From Hyalangium minutum (lineage in GTDB: Bacteria > Myxococcota > Myxococcia > Myxococcales > Myxococcaceae), in NCBI RefSeq assembly GCF_000737315.1, contig NZ_JMCB01000003.1, positions 82,001 through 144,000 on the forward strand: a stretch of DNA of 62,000 nt. The letters are read 5' to 3'. Position numbers and translations under genes: made by a program. The notes under the pieces are model-generated. The model had not been told where the DNA came from. It was given only the letters and a program-made list of their open reading frames with translations, and searched no databases. Positions 1 to 9,628 of the stretch are shown here, in pieces. Position 1 is the stretch's first letter. Every line of letters starts with the position of its first letter.

Positions 1-3000
1 GCAAGAAGGACGCGCTGGCGGACAAGAAGCGCGACGAGGCCATCGAGGGCTTCAAACGCCTGATCCCGAAGATCCAGGACGGCACCTCGCGCAAGGCGGA
101 CCTGCTGTACCGCTTGTCCGAGCTCTACTGGGAGAAGTCCAAGTACCTCTACCGGCTGGAGATGGACCGGTACCTGGAGGCGGAGAAGAAGTACGACGCG
201 GCCGTGGCTCGCGGCGAGAAGCTGGAGGCCCCGAAGGAGGACCACCGCGACAGCGAGCGCTACCGCGCCGAGGTGATGAGCCTCTACGAGGACATCCTCC
301 GCGACTATCCGCAGTACGAGATCCGCGACGAGGTCCTCTTCTCGCAGGCTTACAACCTGTACGAGCTCGGCCGCCAGCCCGAGGCCGTGAAGCGCTACGA
401 GGAGCTGATCCGGGACTTCCCCAAGTCGCAGTTCGTGCCGGACGCGTACATCCAGCTCGGCAATCACTACTTCGACAACAACAAGCTGATGCCCGCGAAG
501 CAGAACTACGAGAAGGCGCGGGACACCGGCGTTCCGAAGATCTACGCCTACGCCATCTACAAGCTGGCCTGGTGTGACTTCAACGCGGGCGACTATGAGG
601 CCGGCCTCAAGAAGCTCCAGGAGGCGGTGGAGTACGCGGAGACCCGTGGCGAGGAGCTGGGCGACCTGAAGACCGAGGCGCTCAATGACTTGACCGTCTT
701 CTATGTGCAGCTGGATCTGCCCAAGGATGCCATCGCCTACTTCAAGGCGAAGGCGCCCGAGAAGCGTCAGGCGCGGCTCATCGCGAAGACGGCGGTGGGG
801 CTGGCGGACGCGGGCCACTTCGACAGCGGCATCTACATGTTCCGCTGGCTCATCGACGACAAGCCGATGGGCCCCAGCGCCCCCGAGTTCCAGCAGGCCA
901 TCGTCCGCTCGTATGAGGGCCTGCGTCAGCGCACCCAGGTCCGCGCCGAGATGAAGAAGATGGTGGACCTGTACCGGCCGGGTGGCACGTGGTGGGAGGC
1001 CAACACGGGCAACAAGTCCGTGCTGCGCAACGCCTTCAACGTCACCGAAGAGGCCATGCGCGTGATGGTGACCGAGTACCACCAGGAGGCCCAGAAGACG
1101 CGCGAGGTGGCCACGTACCAGCTCGCTCGCGACATCTATAAGGAGTACGTGGACGCGTTCGCCTCCAGCTCGGATCCGGACTTCGTCTCGGACTCGGCCT
1201 TCAACCTGCGCTTCTTCTACGCGGAGATTCTGTGGGCCCTCGAAGAGTGGGAGGCCGCCGCCGCCCAGTATGACGCCGTGGTGGCTTTCAAGATCCCGGA
1301 CCGTGACTCGGCCCGCGAGGTCTCCAACGAGACCTACCGCAAGAGCGCCTCGTTCGCCGCGGTGCTCGCGTACGACAAGCTCGTGAAGATCGAGCGCGGC
1401 CAGCTCGCCAAGAGCGATCTCAAGGCCGGCCAGAAGGTCGACGAGAACAAGTACAAGGGTGACGTCGAGAAGAAGCGCATCATCAAGAAGAACGCGAAGG
1501 AGCAGCCCGAGCAGCAACTCACTCGCTTCGAGGAGCGCCTCGTCGCCGCCTGCGACACGTACAACTCGCTCTATCCGAACAACCAGGACGAGGTGGACCT
1601 GCGCTACCAGGCCGCCGTCATCCTCTATGACCGCAACCACTTCGTGGACGCGGCCCGGCGCTTCGGCGAGATCATCGTGAAGTTCCCCGAGGAGCGGCGC
1701 TCGCGCGACGCGGCGGACCTGACGATGTTCGTGCTGGAGAGCCGCGAGGAGTGGTTCGAGCTGAACAAGCTGGCGCGCCAGTTCCTGGGCAACAAGAAGC
1801 TGACCAAGCCCGGCACGGAGTTCGCCGCTCGCGTGGCCAAGGTCGTCGAGGGCAGCCAGTACAAGTGGGTGGACGAAGTCGTCTATCGCCAGGAGAAGAA
1901 CCCGAAGAAGGCCGCCGAGCTGTTCCTCGAGTTCGTCACCGAGTTCCCCAAGTCGGAGAACGCGGACCGCGCGCTCACCTACGCGATGATCATCTTCCAG
2001 GAGGCCGCCGAGCTGGATCGCGGCGTCGAGGCCGGCGAGCGCGTCCTCCAAGAGTACCCGGACAGCGTGTTCGACCTGAAGGTCCGCTACACGCTCGCGG
2101 GCTTCTACGAGAAGATGGCCGAGTTCAAGAAGGCCGCCGAGGCGTACGAGGCCTTCGTGGCCGCCTACGACGAGGCCGCCGGGACGGCGAAGAAGAAGAA
2201 GACCGCGAAGGGCGGGGCGTCGAAGGTGGCGCAGGGCTCCGCCGAGCGTGAGCAGATCCTCAAGGACGCCGAGGGCTGGGTGGCCGACGCGCTCTTCAAC
2301 GCGGGCGTCTGGTGGGAGGGCGTGGGCAATTCGCCGAAGGCCATCGCCGCCTATCAGTCGTACATCTCGCGCTTCCGCGACCGCAAGGATGTGCCGCAGA
2401 TCGCCTTCAACATCGCGCTCGTCCACGAGAAGGACGGCAAGTGGGCGGAGGCCGCCAAGGCGTTCGCCTCGTTCTCGGAGACGTACAGCCGGGATGCTCG
2501 CACCAACCCGGGGCAGCTCTACCTGGCGAAGTACCGCGAGCTGATGGCGCAGCGGCAGCTCAAGAGCTGGAAGGACATGGAGCGCCTGCAGAGCGAGCTG
2601 GTGCGCGGCTGGGCCAAGCTGCCCGACGAGAGCAAGCAGAACGTCAGCCTCGTCGACGCCTACGCCCACGCCCGCTTCATGGGGCTGGAGGCGCTGTGGA
2701 AGCACTACTCGGACATCAAGTTCACCCGCGTGTCCACCATCCGCCGCGATCTCGCCGCCAAGCAGCGCGAGATCCAGCGCGTGGAGAAGGAGTACGCGGC
2801 GGTGCTGGCCATCGGCTCGGGCGAGTGGGGTATCGCCGCGCTCACCCGCATCGGTCTGGCGTACGCGGACTTCGCTCGCAACATCATCGAGTCGCCGGAT
2901 CCCAAGGGCCTGGATGAGGAGCAGACCACCATGTACCGCGGCGAGTTGGAGAACCTCGCGCTTCCGCTCGAGGACAAGTCCACCGAGGCCCTGGAGAAGG

Positions 3001-3302
3001 CGCTCGACAAGGCCTACGAGCTGTCCATCTACAACGAGTTCACGCTCGCCGCGCAGGATCAGGTGAACCGCTACCGTCCGGGTGCCTACGCCCAGGTCCG
3101 CCAGGTGCCGTTCCGTGGCAGCGAGTTCTTCGCCACCTCGGATGTCGCCAAGGATCCAGGCATGTCGGCGGCCGCCACCGCGGGCTCCACGCCCACTGCG
3201 CCGAGTAAGCCCACGCAGGCTCCGAGCGCTCCGCAGGCGCAGCCTCAGGCTCCGCAGGCCTCGCCCGCGCCCGCCGCCACGGTGGGGGAGGCCCGGCCGT
3301 GA
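1..3302 (+). CDS. nfsD: Large TPR-repeat protein of the GltD/AgmU/NfsD family (5'-truncated by the window edge)
   Basis: Frame is open from base 3 to the stop at 3302. Many TPR-like repeats (YAIYKLAWCDFN, AADLTMFVLES, ALFNAGVWWE) and a Pro/Ala/Gln tail. First of a D-E-F-G-H gene order. Choice of nfs over glt is inferred from the divergent FHA-TonB gene and the downstream neighbourhood. Confidence 0.75.
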   Translation, partial: KKDALADKKRDEAIEGFKRLIPKIQDGTSRKADLLYRLSELYWEKSKYLYRLEMDRYLEAEKKYDAAVARGEKLEAPKEDHRDSERYRAEVMSLYEDILRDYPQYEIRDEVLFSQAYNLYELGRQPEAVKRYEELIRDFPKSQFVPDAYIQLGNHYFDNNKLMPAKQNYEKARDTGVPKIYAYAIYKLAWCDFNAGDYEAGLKKLQEAVEYAETRGEELGDLKTEALNDLTVFYVQLDLPKDAIAYFKAKAPEKRQARLIAKTAVGLADAGHFDSGIYMFRWLIDDKPMGPSAPEFQQAIVRSYEGLRQRTQVRAEMKKMVDLYRPGGTWWEANTGNKSVLRNAFNVTEEAMRVMVTEYHQEAQKTREVATYQLARDIYKEYVDAFASSSDPDFVSDSAFNLRFFYAEILWALEEWEAAAAQYDAVVAFKIPDRDSAREVSNETYRKSASFAAVLAYDKLVKIERGQLAKSDLKAGQKVDENKYKGDVEKKRIIKKNAKEQPEQQLTRFEERLVAACDTYNSLYPNNQDEVDLRYQAAVILYDRNHFVDAARRFGEIIVKFPEERRSRDAADLTMFVLESREEWFELNKLARQFLGNKKLTKPGTEFAARVAKVVEGSQYKWVDEVVYRQEKNPKKAAELFLEFVTEFPKSENADRALTYAMIIFQEAAELDRGVEAGERVLQEYPDSVFDLKVRYTLAGFYEKMAEFKKAAEAYEAFVAAYDEAAGTAKKKKTAKGGASKVAQGSAEREQILKDAEGWVADALFNAGVWWEGVGNSPKAIAAYQSYISRFRDRKDVPQIAFNIALVHEKDGKWAEAAKAFASFSETYSRDARTNPGQLYLAKYRELMAQRQLKSWKDMERLQSELVRGWAKLPDESKQNVSLVDAYAHARFMGLEALWKHYSDIKFTRVSTIRRDLAAKQREIQRVEKEYAAVLAIGSGEWGIAALTRIGLAYADFARNIIESPDPKGLDEEQTTMYRGELENLALPLEDKSTEALEKALDKAYELSIYNEFTLAAQDQVNRYRPGAYAQVRQVPFRGSEFFATSDVAKDPGMSAAATAGSTPTAPSKPTQAPSAPQAQPQAPQASPAPAATVGEARP

Positions 3303-3340
3303 TTCTCACTGACTTCAAGGCAGCTCCAGGGAAGACGACC

Positions 3341-4771
3341 ATGAAGATCGCCCGCACGCTTGCCGCCGCCGCGCTCGCCTTCACGACCGCGTGCGCCACG
3401 GCTCCTCAGGTCAAGCCCACGCCCGTCACCGAGACGGCGCCCCAGGCTCCTCATGCACAGGTGGCGGGTCAGCCCAGCAAGCCGGTCCCGGCGCCCACGC
3501 CGCCCTCGGCGGATGCCGGCCCGCACGAGCTGTTCATGTCGGCGCTCGCGTCCTTCGACGCCGGAGACTACGAGGCCGCGCGCAAGGGCTTCGAGCAGGT
3601 GGTGGCCAAGGCGCCGCAGAGCCTCAACGCGCAGTTCAACGTGGGGCTCATCGCCGAGCGTCAGGCGAAGCCCGCCGAGGCCCAGGCCGCCTACGAGAAG
3701 GTCCTCTCGGTGGACCCGAACCACCAGCCCTCGCTGCTGAACCTCGGCCGGCTGTACCGGCTGCAGGACCGGTTCGAGGACGCCATCGGCCTCTACGAGA
3801 AGGCGCTCAAGACGCCCGGCCACGAGCATGATGTGGCGCTGCTCAACAACCTCACCGTGGCGTACCGGCTCGCGGGCAAGTTCGAGCTCGCCGAGGCCAC
3901 TGCCCGCCGCGTCCTGGCCCGCAGCAAGGACAACCCCGACGCGTACAAGAACCTGGCGCTCATCTACTACGACCAGGGGCAGTACCGGCTCGCCGAAGTG
4001 GTGAGCGCCAACGCGCGCAAGCTCGCGGAGAACGATCCGGGCGTCTACAACAACCTGGGGATGATCTACTTGAAGCAGAACGATCGGTCCCGCGCGCTGG
4101 CCCAGTTCCAGAAGGCCGTGTCGCTCGATCCGAAGTTCGCTCCGGGCTACCTCAACATCGGCGCCATGTCGCTGGCCTACCGCGACTACACGGGCGCCGA
4201 GCGCGCCTTCTCCAAGGCGGTGGAGCTCGATCCCGCCTCCTACGAGGGCCACCTTTATTACGCCTACGCGCTCGACGGGCAGAAGGGCCGCGATCCGAAG
4301 AAGGGGCTCACCGCGGGCGAGGCCTTCGAGAAGGTCCTCACCCTCCGCCCCGATCAGCCGGATGCCATCTGCGGGGCGGGCTGGGCCTACGCGGCGGAGC
4401 GGGCTGGCTGGGACAAGGCGCTGGGCTTCTTCGAGCGCTGCAAGTCTCTCGCGAGCACCTCGCCGCAGGATCAGCAGATGATCGCCGCCAAGGTGCAGGG
4501 CATCCAGGCCATGAAGAAGAGCGGCCAGCCGGACCCCGCCGCCGAGCACAAGAAGGAGGCCACCACGGCTCCGGGCGCCAACGGTTCGCTGCTCGACAAG
4601 GTGTCCGAGGAGGCGGCGCGTCAGGAGGGCCCGCTGCCCGAGGAGACGGCTCCGGCGGGGGATGCGGCCTCGGGTGAGACCGCGCCTTCCTCGGAGGCTC
4701 CCGCCGCTGCGGACTCCGCGGCTCCGGCGGCTCCGGAAGGCAGCTCGCCTGCTCCCTCTCCGGTGCCGTGA
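3341..4771 (+). CDS. nfsE: TPR lipoprotein, GltE/AglT/NfsE family
   Basis: Start moved to ATG 3341 (MKIARTLAAAALAFTTAC, lipobox-like). Tandem TPRs (AQFNVGLIAE, SLLNLGRLY, VYNNLGMIY) and an acidic Ala/Pro tail. Cluster position fits. Confidence 0.75.
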   Translation: MKIARTLAAAALAFTTACATAPQVKPTPVTETAPQAPHAQVAGQPSKPVPAPTPPSADAGPHELFMSALASFDAGDYEAARKGFEQVVAKAPQSLNAQFNVGLIAERQAKPAEAQAAYEKVLSVDPNHQPSLLNLGRLYRLQDRFEDAIGLYEKALKTPGHEHDVALLNNLTVAYRLAGKFELAEATARRVLARSKDNPDAYKNLALIYYDQGQYRLAEVVSANARKLAENDPGVYNNLGMIYLKQNDRSRALAQFQKAVSLDPKFAPGYLNIGAMSLAYRDYTGAERAFSKAVELDPASYEGHLYYAYALDGQKGRDPKKGLTAGEAFEKVLTLRPDQPDAICGAGWAYAAERAGWDKALGFFERCKSLASTSPQDQQMIAAKVQGIQAMKKSGQPDPAAEHKKEATTAPGANGSLLDKVSEEAARQEGPLPEETAPAGDAASGETAPSSEAPAAADSAAPAAPEGSSPAPSPVP

Positions 4772-4952
4772 CAGGACAAACTACCGGAACGGATGGGTAC
4801 TTTTTTCCACTCCTCGGGCGGGCAGGGTGGCGGGCTCCGGGCAAGTTCCCTACGATCCGAGGCGTTGGGCTTGGACCAACTCCTGCAAGAACCCACCAGG
4901 AACCTCTTCGTGGGTCCGCTGTCTCAACCGATGAAGTGAATGGAGGCTGCAG

Positions 4953-5228
4953 ATGAAGCGACTGGCATCGGCGGTGGTGGCGGCGGCGTTGTGGGCGGGC
5001 CCGGTGGCGGCCCAGGAGAAGGAGGAAGTGAAGATCATCCAGGAGGAAGACAAGACGGTCTACCGGAAGAAGACCGTGATCGACTTCACGGATGTGACGG
5101 TGGAGGGCGAGCTCACCAAGCCGGAGGGCTCCTACGTCCTCAACCGGAAGAAGACGGACTTTCAGAGCCTCATCAAGGTCCGCGACAACTTCAACCCCGA
5201 GCTGCAGAAGTCGGTGGACAACCTCTAG
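4953..5228 (+). CDS. nfsF: Small secreted protein, GltF/NfsF family
   Basis: Signal peptide MKRLASAVVAAALWAGPVAA. Motif YRKKTVIDF...VEGELTKPEG...FQSLIKVRDNF is typical of GltF-like proteins. GGAGG RBS. Confidence 0.75.
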   Translation: MKRLASAVVAAALWAGPVAAQEKEEVKIIQEEDKTVYRKKTVIDFTDVTVEGELTKPEGSYVLNRKKTDFQSLIKVRDNFNPELQKSVDNL

Positions 5229-5285
5229 CGCCTGAAAGGGGCGCTTCGTTTTCTTGGGTGCGGAAGGGCGGAAGGAACGATCCTC

Positions 5286-7247
5286 ATGGCGGCGGGAAAG
5301 AATAACGGACTGAGGTTGCGCATCACGGGGCCTGACGGGGCCACGATGGAGACCATCGCGGACGCCGAGAGCGTCATCGTGGGCTCCGGTGCGCAGGCGG
5401 CGGTGAAGATTCAGGACCCCAGTGTCTCCAACCTCCACGTGATGTTGAAGGTGGACAAGGAGGGTGGAGTCACAGCGATCGATCTCGGCAGTGAGTCCGG
5501 GACCCAGGTCGGCGGGCAGCGGCTGATGGTGCCCAAGATGCTGGAGCCTGGAGATGTGCTCACAGTGGGGGCGTGCCGGGTGGAGGTGGTGTTCGGCGAG
5601 GTGGAGCCTCCGGCGCCCAAGGTGCCCGCGGGCGCGCAGGTGAGCGGGACGGGCTTCCAAGGCTCGGTGACACAGAAGGCCGCGGTGGCGCCTCCTGTGA
5701 ACCCGGCCAAGGCTGCGGCACCCGAGGTGGTGGTGCCGACCTCGAGCCGCACGCTGACGCCTCCGGGCCTCAAGGCGAAGGTGCCGACGCCGGTGCCGTT
5801 GCCCAAGGCTCCGGTTCCGGTGGCGGCGAAGAAGCCCGAGACGCCGGTCCACTTGCAGGAGCCACTGCCTCCGAGCGCCATGCCGACGTCCGAGGCGAAG
5901 GTGCTCCAGGTGGCGATGCTCTGGGGCGACCAGATCCTCGAGGTACAGCACTTCCGTGAGGGGGTGCCGGTCACCATCGGCGAGGGCAAGAAGAACTTCT
6001 TCCACGTCTTCGTGCCCGAGGTGGGCGCTCGCCACGTGCTGGCGGTGAGCCAGGGCGACAAGGTGGAGCTGCGCGTGCCCGCGGGCGGCGGAGTCTTCGT
6101 GACCTCGCAGGGGGATGTGCGGACGAAGGACGCGCTGCGCGCCTCCGGCCAGCTGGCGTCCTCGGTGGCGGCCAAGGGCCAGGTGTTCACGCTGGGGCTG
6201 CACGACCGGGCGGAGGTGGCGCTCGGGACGATCGCCTTCGTGGTGCGCTACGTGAAGCCCTCGCCGGCCATCCAGGCGAGGGCAGTGGACGAGGCGGACT
6301 TCACCTACTTCAAGATCACCTGCATCACGATCCTCGCGGCGGCGGCGGTGGTGGCGGCGATGCTGCTGACGCCTCGGCAGCAGACGGCCTCGGCGGACGA
6401 CATCCTCCAGGATCAGCAGCGGGTGGCGAAGTTCCTGATCAAGCCCGAGAAGAAGATCGAGATCAAAAAGCTGAAGCTCGCCGGAGTCGAGGAGGGCGCC
6501 AAGGCCAAGGACGAGGAGGGCAAGTTCGGCAAGGAGGAGGCGAAGAAGCAGGAGGCTGATCCCTCCAAGCCGGGCACTCCGGTGGTGGACAAGACCAAGC
6601 GCGAGAAGGACCGGCAGGTGGTGGGCAGCGTGGGCCTGCTGGGCGCCTTCAAGGGCCTCAAGGGCGGCGCCTCGGACGTGTTCGGTCCGGGCGGTCTGGG
6701 CACCGGCATCAACAACTCGCTCGGCGGCCTGAAGTCGGGCGCGGGGCTGGGGGATGCGCAGGGCGTGGGCGGGCTCGGCACACGCGGTAACGGCACGGGC
6801 GGTGGCGGCACGGCGCTGGGCATCGGCGGCCTGGGCACCAAGGGTGACGGCCGCGGCACCGGTGGCCACGGCGGCATCGATCTGGGCGGCAAGGGCAAGG
6901 CGACCACGCGCATCGTCCCGGGTAAGACGACGGTGGTGGGCGGCCTGGACAAGGACGTGATCGCCAAGATCATCCGGCAGCACCAGAACGAGATCAAATA
7001 CTGCTACGAGTCCGAGCTGAACAAGAACCCGAGCCTGGCGGGCAAGGTCGCGGTGGCCTTCACCATCGACCCGACGGGCGCGGTGGCTGATGCCAACGTG
7101 ACGGAGACGACGCTCAACAGCTCCACGGCGGAGAACTGCATGTTGGCGCGCATCCGCCGCTGGAAGTTCCCCGAGCCCAAGGGCGGCGGCGTGGTGGCCG
7201 TCACCTACCCGTGGCTCTTCTCGCCCGCGGGTTCCGAGGGCGAGTAA
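5286..7247 (+). CDS. nfsG: FHA-like / TM / Gly-rich / TonB-C protein, GltG/NfsG (AgmX/PglI-like) family
   Basis: N-terminal FHA-like fold, Pro-rich linker, one TM segment, Gly-rich region, and C-terminal TonB_C (IKYCYESEL...RWKFPEPKGGGVVAVTYPWLF). Confidence 0.8.
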   Translation: MAAGKNNGLRLRITGPDGATMETIADAESVIVGSGAQAAVKIQDPSVSNLHVMLKVDKEGGVTAIDLGSESGTQVGGQRLMVPKMLEPGDVLTVGACRVEVVFGEVEPPAPKVPAGAQVSGTGFQGSVTQKAAVAPPVNPAKAAAPEVVVPTSSRTLTPPGLKAKVPTPVPLPKAPVPVAAKKPETPVHLQEPLPPSAMPTSEAKVLQVAMLWGDQILEVQHFREGVPVTIGEGKKNFFHVFVPEVGARHVLAVSQGDKVELRVPAGGGVFVTSQGDVRTKDALRASGQLASSVAAKGQVFTLGLHDRAEVALGTIAFVVRYVKPSPAIQARAVDEADFTYFKITCITILAAAAVVAAMLLTPRQQTASADDILQDQQRVAKFLIKPEKKIEIKKLKLAGVEEGAKAKDEEGKFGKEEAKKQEADPSKPGTPVVDKTKREKDRQVVGSVGLLGAFKGLKGGASDVFGPGGLGTGINNSLGGLKSGAGLGDAQGVGGLGTRGNGTGGGGTALGIGGLGTKGDGRGTGGHGGIDLGGKGKATTRIVPGKTTVVGGLDKDVIAKIIRQHQNEIKYCYESELNKNPSLAGKVAVAFTIDPTGAVADANVTETTLNSSTAENCMLARIRRWKFPEPKGGGVVAVTYPWLFSPAGSEGE

Positions 7248-7281
7248 GGCAGAGCCTCTCGGTTCGGAGCTGAAGTGACAG

Positions 7282-7314
7282 AGCCCCCGGTGCACCTTTG
7301 GGTGCCCGGGGGTT
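7282..7314 (+). terminator. Strong GC stem-loop between the G and H genes
   Basis: CCCCCGGTGCACC-TTTG-GGTGCCCGGGGG, 35 bp after the stop at 7247. Only a weak U tract follows. Confidence 0.55.
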
Positions 7315-7457
7315 CGTGTCTGCGGGGGCGTGCGCCGTGGGATGGACGACGTTCGCCCTGAAGAGTTTTCACGCCGGACGTTGCCGCTCGGCGGGGGGGA
7401 TCATTAACGTCCAGCGCGCTTCAGGAAGTCTCTGGAGGACCTGCGTTGGGAGGTTCT

Positions 7458-8054
7458 GTGAGGAAGTCCGTTCTCGTCGCCGCGCTCGCGCTGTCCACCA
7501 CCGCCCTGGCGGCCACGCCCCCCGAGGGTGTGGAGTACAAGCCCCGCCGTGGCTTCTTCACCGAGACGGACATCGGCATGTTCTTCACGCTCGGCGGGGA
7601 GAACACGTACTCCAACGCCCAGTCGTACCTGCAGCTGGGCGTGGGGTATGACTTGACGGAGACGCTCTCGCTGGGGCTGCACTTCGGCCTGGGCTCGTCG
7701 GCGGCGAACTGCTTCGCGGGCTACCTGCCGGACTCGGACATCTGCGCGCTGTCGGACAACTTCACCGTGGCCTTCGGGGACATGACGGCCGCGTACCACG
7801 TGCGGATGACCGACCGGTTCTACCTGACGCCCAAGGTGGCGGCTGGCTACACGCGGCTGGATCCGGCCCCGGTGGACGTCAGTGGTGATCCCAGCCGCAC
7901 CCTGCATGCGCTGAACGCGGGGGTGGGCATCGGCATCGAGTACGGGACGATGATGGACCACTTCTCGGTGGGGGCGGACTTCCTGGCTCGCTACGTCTTC
8001 GGCCCGAACATCCCCACGTTCGCGTTGTTCCCGCGGGTGAAGTACACGTTCTAG
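7458..8054 (+). CDS. nfsH: Outer-membrane beta-barrel protein, GltH/NfsH (OmpA-like barrel) family
   Basis: GTG start at 7458 after GGAGG. Signal peptide, alternating beta-strand pattern, and C-terminal aromatic BAM signature VKYTF. Confidence 0.7.
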   Translation: MRKSVLVAALALSTTALAATPPEGVEYKPRRGFFTETDIGMFFTLGGENTYSNAQSYLQLGVGYDLTETLSLGLHFGLGSSAANCFAGYLPDSDICALSDNFTVAFGDMTAAYHVRMTDRFYLTPKVAAGYTRLDPAPVDVSGDPSRTLHALNAGVGIGIEYGTMMDHFSVGADFLARYVFGPNIPTFALFPRVKYTF

Positions 8055-8184
8055 GCACCGCCTGCGGCCGGAGCCGTCATTCGCCTTCACACCTTTTTCG
8101 GCGTGCGTCCACCCAGGTATCGGAAGCGGGGGACGTGTCGACCGAGGTCGGATAACCTGGCGCGTTCCTCTTCACCTGCGAGGA

Positions 8185-9492
8185 ATGGCCATGCGTCGAT
8201 TGTTGGGAGGGTGCTCGGTTCTGGCGGTCTTGCTGTTCGCCTGTGGGGAGCCGGTGGAGACACCTCCGGCTCCTCCTCCGGACGTCCCGCCGACCTATCA
8301 CCGGGACATCGCACCGTTGGTGCAAGAGAAGTGCGGGAGCTGCCACACCCAGGGCGGCATCGCCCCGTTCCCGCTGCAGACCTACGCCCAGGTCTTCGAG
8401 ATGCGCTGGGCCGTCCAGGCGGCGGTGAAGGCGCGCATCATGCCCCCATGGATGCCCGCGCAAGACTGCACGGAGTACCTGCAGGACCACTCGCTCTCGG
8501 AGGAGCAGATCGCGCTCCTCTCCCGCTGGGTGGATGAGGGCGGTGTGGAGGGCGACGTGGCGGGCGCGCCCGGCGGCACCGGAGTCAGTGAGGGAGGACT
8601 CTCGCGCGTCGACCTGGAAGTCTCGATGGCCGAGCCGTTCACGCCCACGCAGAGGCCGGACCAGTACCGCTGCTTCGTGCTCGACTGGCCCGAGACCGCT
8701 ACGCGCTACGTCAGCGGGTTCCGTGGCAACCCGGGGCAGCCGTCGATCGTGCACCACCTCGTCGCGTTCCTTGCCAGGCCGGACGAGGTGGCCACCTTCC
8801 AGGGGCTGGACGCTGCCGATCCTGAGCCCGGCTACCCGTGCTTCGGTGGCCCTGGCCGGCCTGGGAACACGGTGTCGTGGCTCGGGAGCTGGGTGCCCGG
8901 CAGCACCGGCACGGACTACCCTGAGGGGACTGGCATCCAGGTGGAGCCGGGCTCCAAGATCATCCTCCAGCTTCACTACAACCTGAGCAGCGCGAACTCG
9001 GCGCCGGATCGGACCTCCCTGTCCCTGCGTCTGGAGTCCTCGGTGCAGAAGGTGGCCATCATGCAGCCCTGGTCCAACCCGGCCTGGCTGCAACCGGAGG
9101 CCATGCGCATCCCCGCGGGCCAGGCGGACGTCCGGTATCGCTTCGCGTTCGACCTGGTGCCCGTGCTCTCGCGCATCACCCGGGGCGCCTTCCGCGACAA
9201 CGAGCCCATCACCGTGCACACAGCCGCGCTGCACATGCACACGCTGGGCAGCTGGGGGCGCATGGAGATCGAGCGCAAGACGGGCATCAACGACTGCATG
9301 CTCCACATCCCGCGCTGGGACTTCCACTGGCAGAGCAGCTACGTGTTCACCCAGTCCAAGGAGGTCAAGCCCGGGGAGCGCATGGCCATCGAGTGCCACT
9401 GGGACAACAGCCAGCCCAACGCCCAGGACGTCACCTGGGGTGAAGGCACGGGCGACGAGATGTGCCTCGGCACCTTCTACATGACCCAGTAA
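8185..9492 (+). CDS. Lipoprotein with N-terminal heme-c motif and copper type II ascorbate-dependent monooxygenase (PHM/DBH-like) domains
   Basis: Lipobox LLFAC, CGSCH (CxxCH), and Cu-ligand motifs IVHHL, QLHYN, LHMH and DEMC. Confidence 0.75.
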   Translation: MAMRRLLGGCSVLAVLLFACGEPVETPPAPPPDVPPTYHRDIAPLVQEKCGSCHTQGGIAPFPLQTYAQVFEMRWAVQAAVKARIMPPWMPAQDCTEYLQDHSLSEEQIALLSRWVDEGGVEGDVAGAPGGTGVSEGGLSRVDLEVSMAEPFTPTQRPDQYRCFVLDWPETATRYVSGFRGNPGQPSIVHHLVAFLARPDEVATFQGLDAADPEPGYPCFGGPGRPGNTVSWLGSWVPGSTGTDYPEGTGIQVEPGSKIILQLHYNLSSANSAPDRTSLSLRLESSVQKVAIMQPWSNPAWLQPEAMRIPAGQADVRYRFAFDLVPVLSRITRGAFRDNEPITVHTAALHMHTLGSWGRMEIERKTGINDCMLHIPRWDFHWQSSYVFTQSKEVKPGERMAIECHWDNSQPNAQDVTWGEGTGDEMCLGTFYMTQ

Positions 9493-9628
9493 GCCCCTTG
9501 GGTGAGGCCGAAATGCTCTTCAGGACATGTTTTTTAGCCTTAGGTTCGGCTAATTAACTCCTAAGGTACTTGAAAATAGCCGATGCGGTCACCATGATGC
9601 GTCGCGTCGGATCAAGCCAGGAGGAGCC

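Noticed and set aside
4338-7295. 985-aa antisense ORF, and similar long shadow ORFs (e.g. 18573-21422, 26577-29114, 48686-50932, 54425-56767)
   Set aside because: They lie opposite well-supported genes, are Arg/Gly/His/Leu-rich with no motifs, and are the expected stop-poor shadows of high-GC codon bias.
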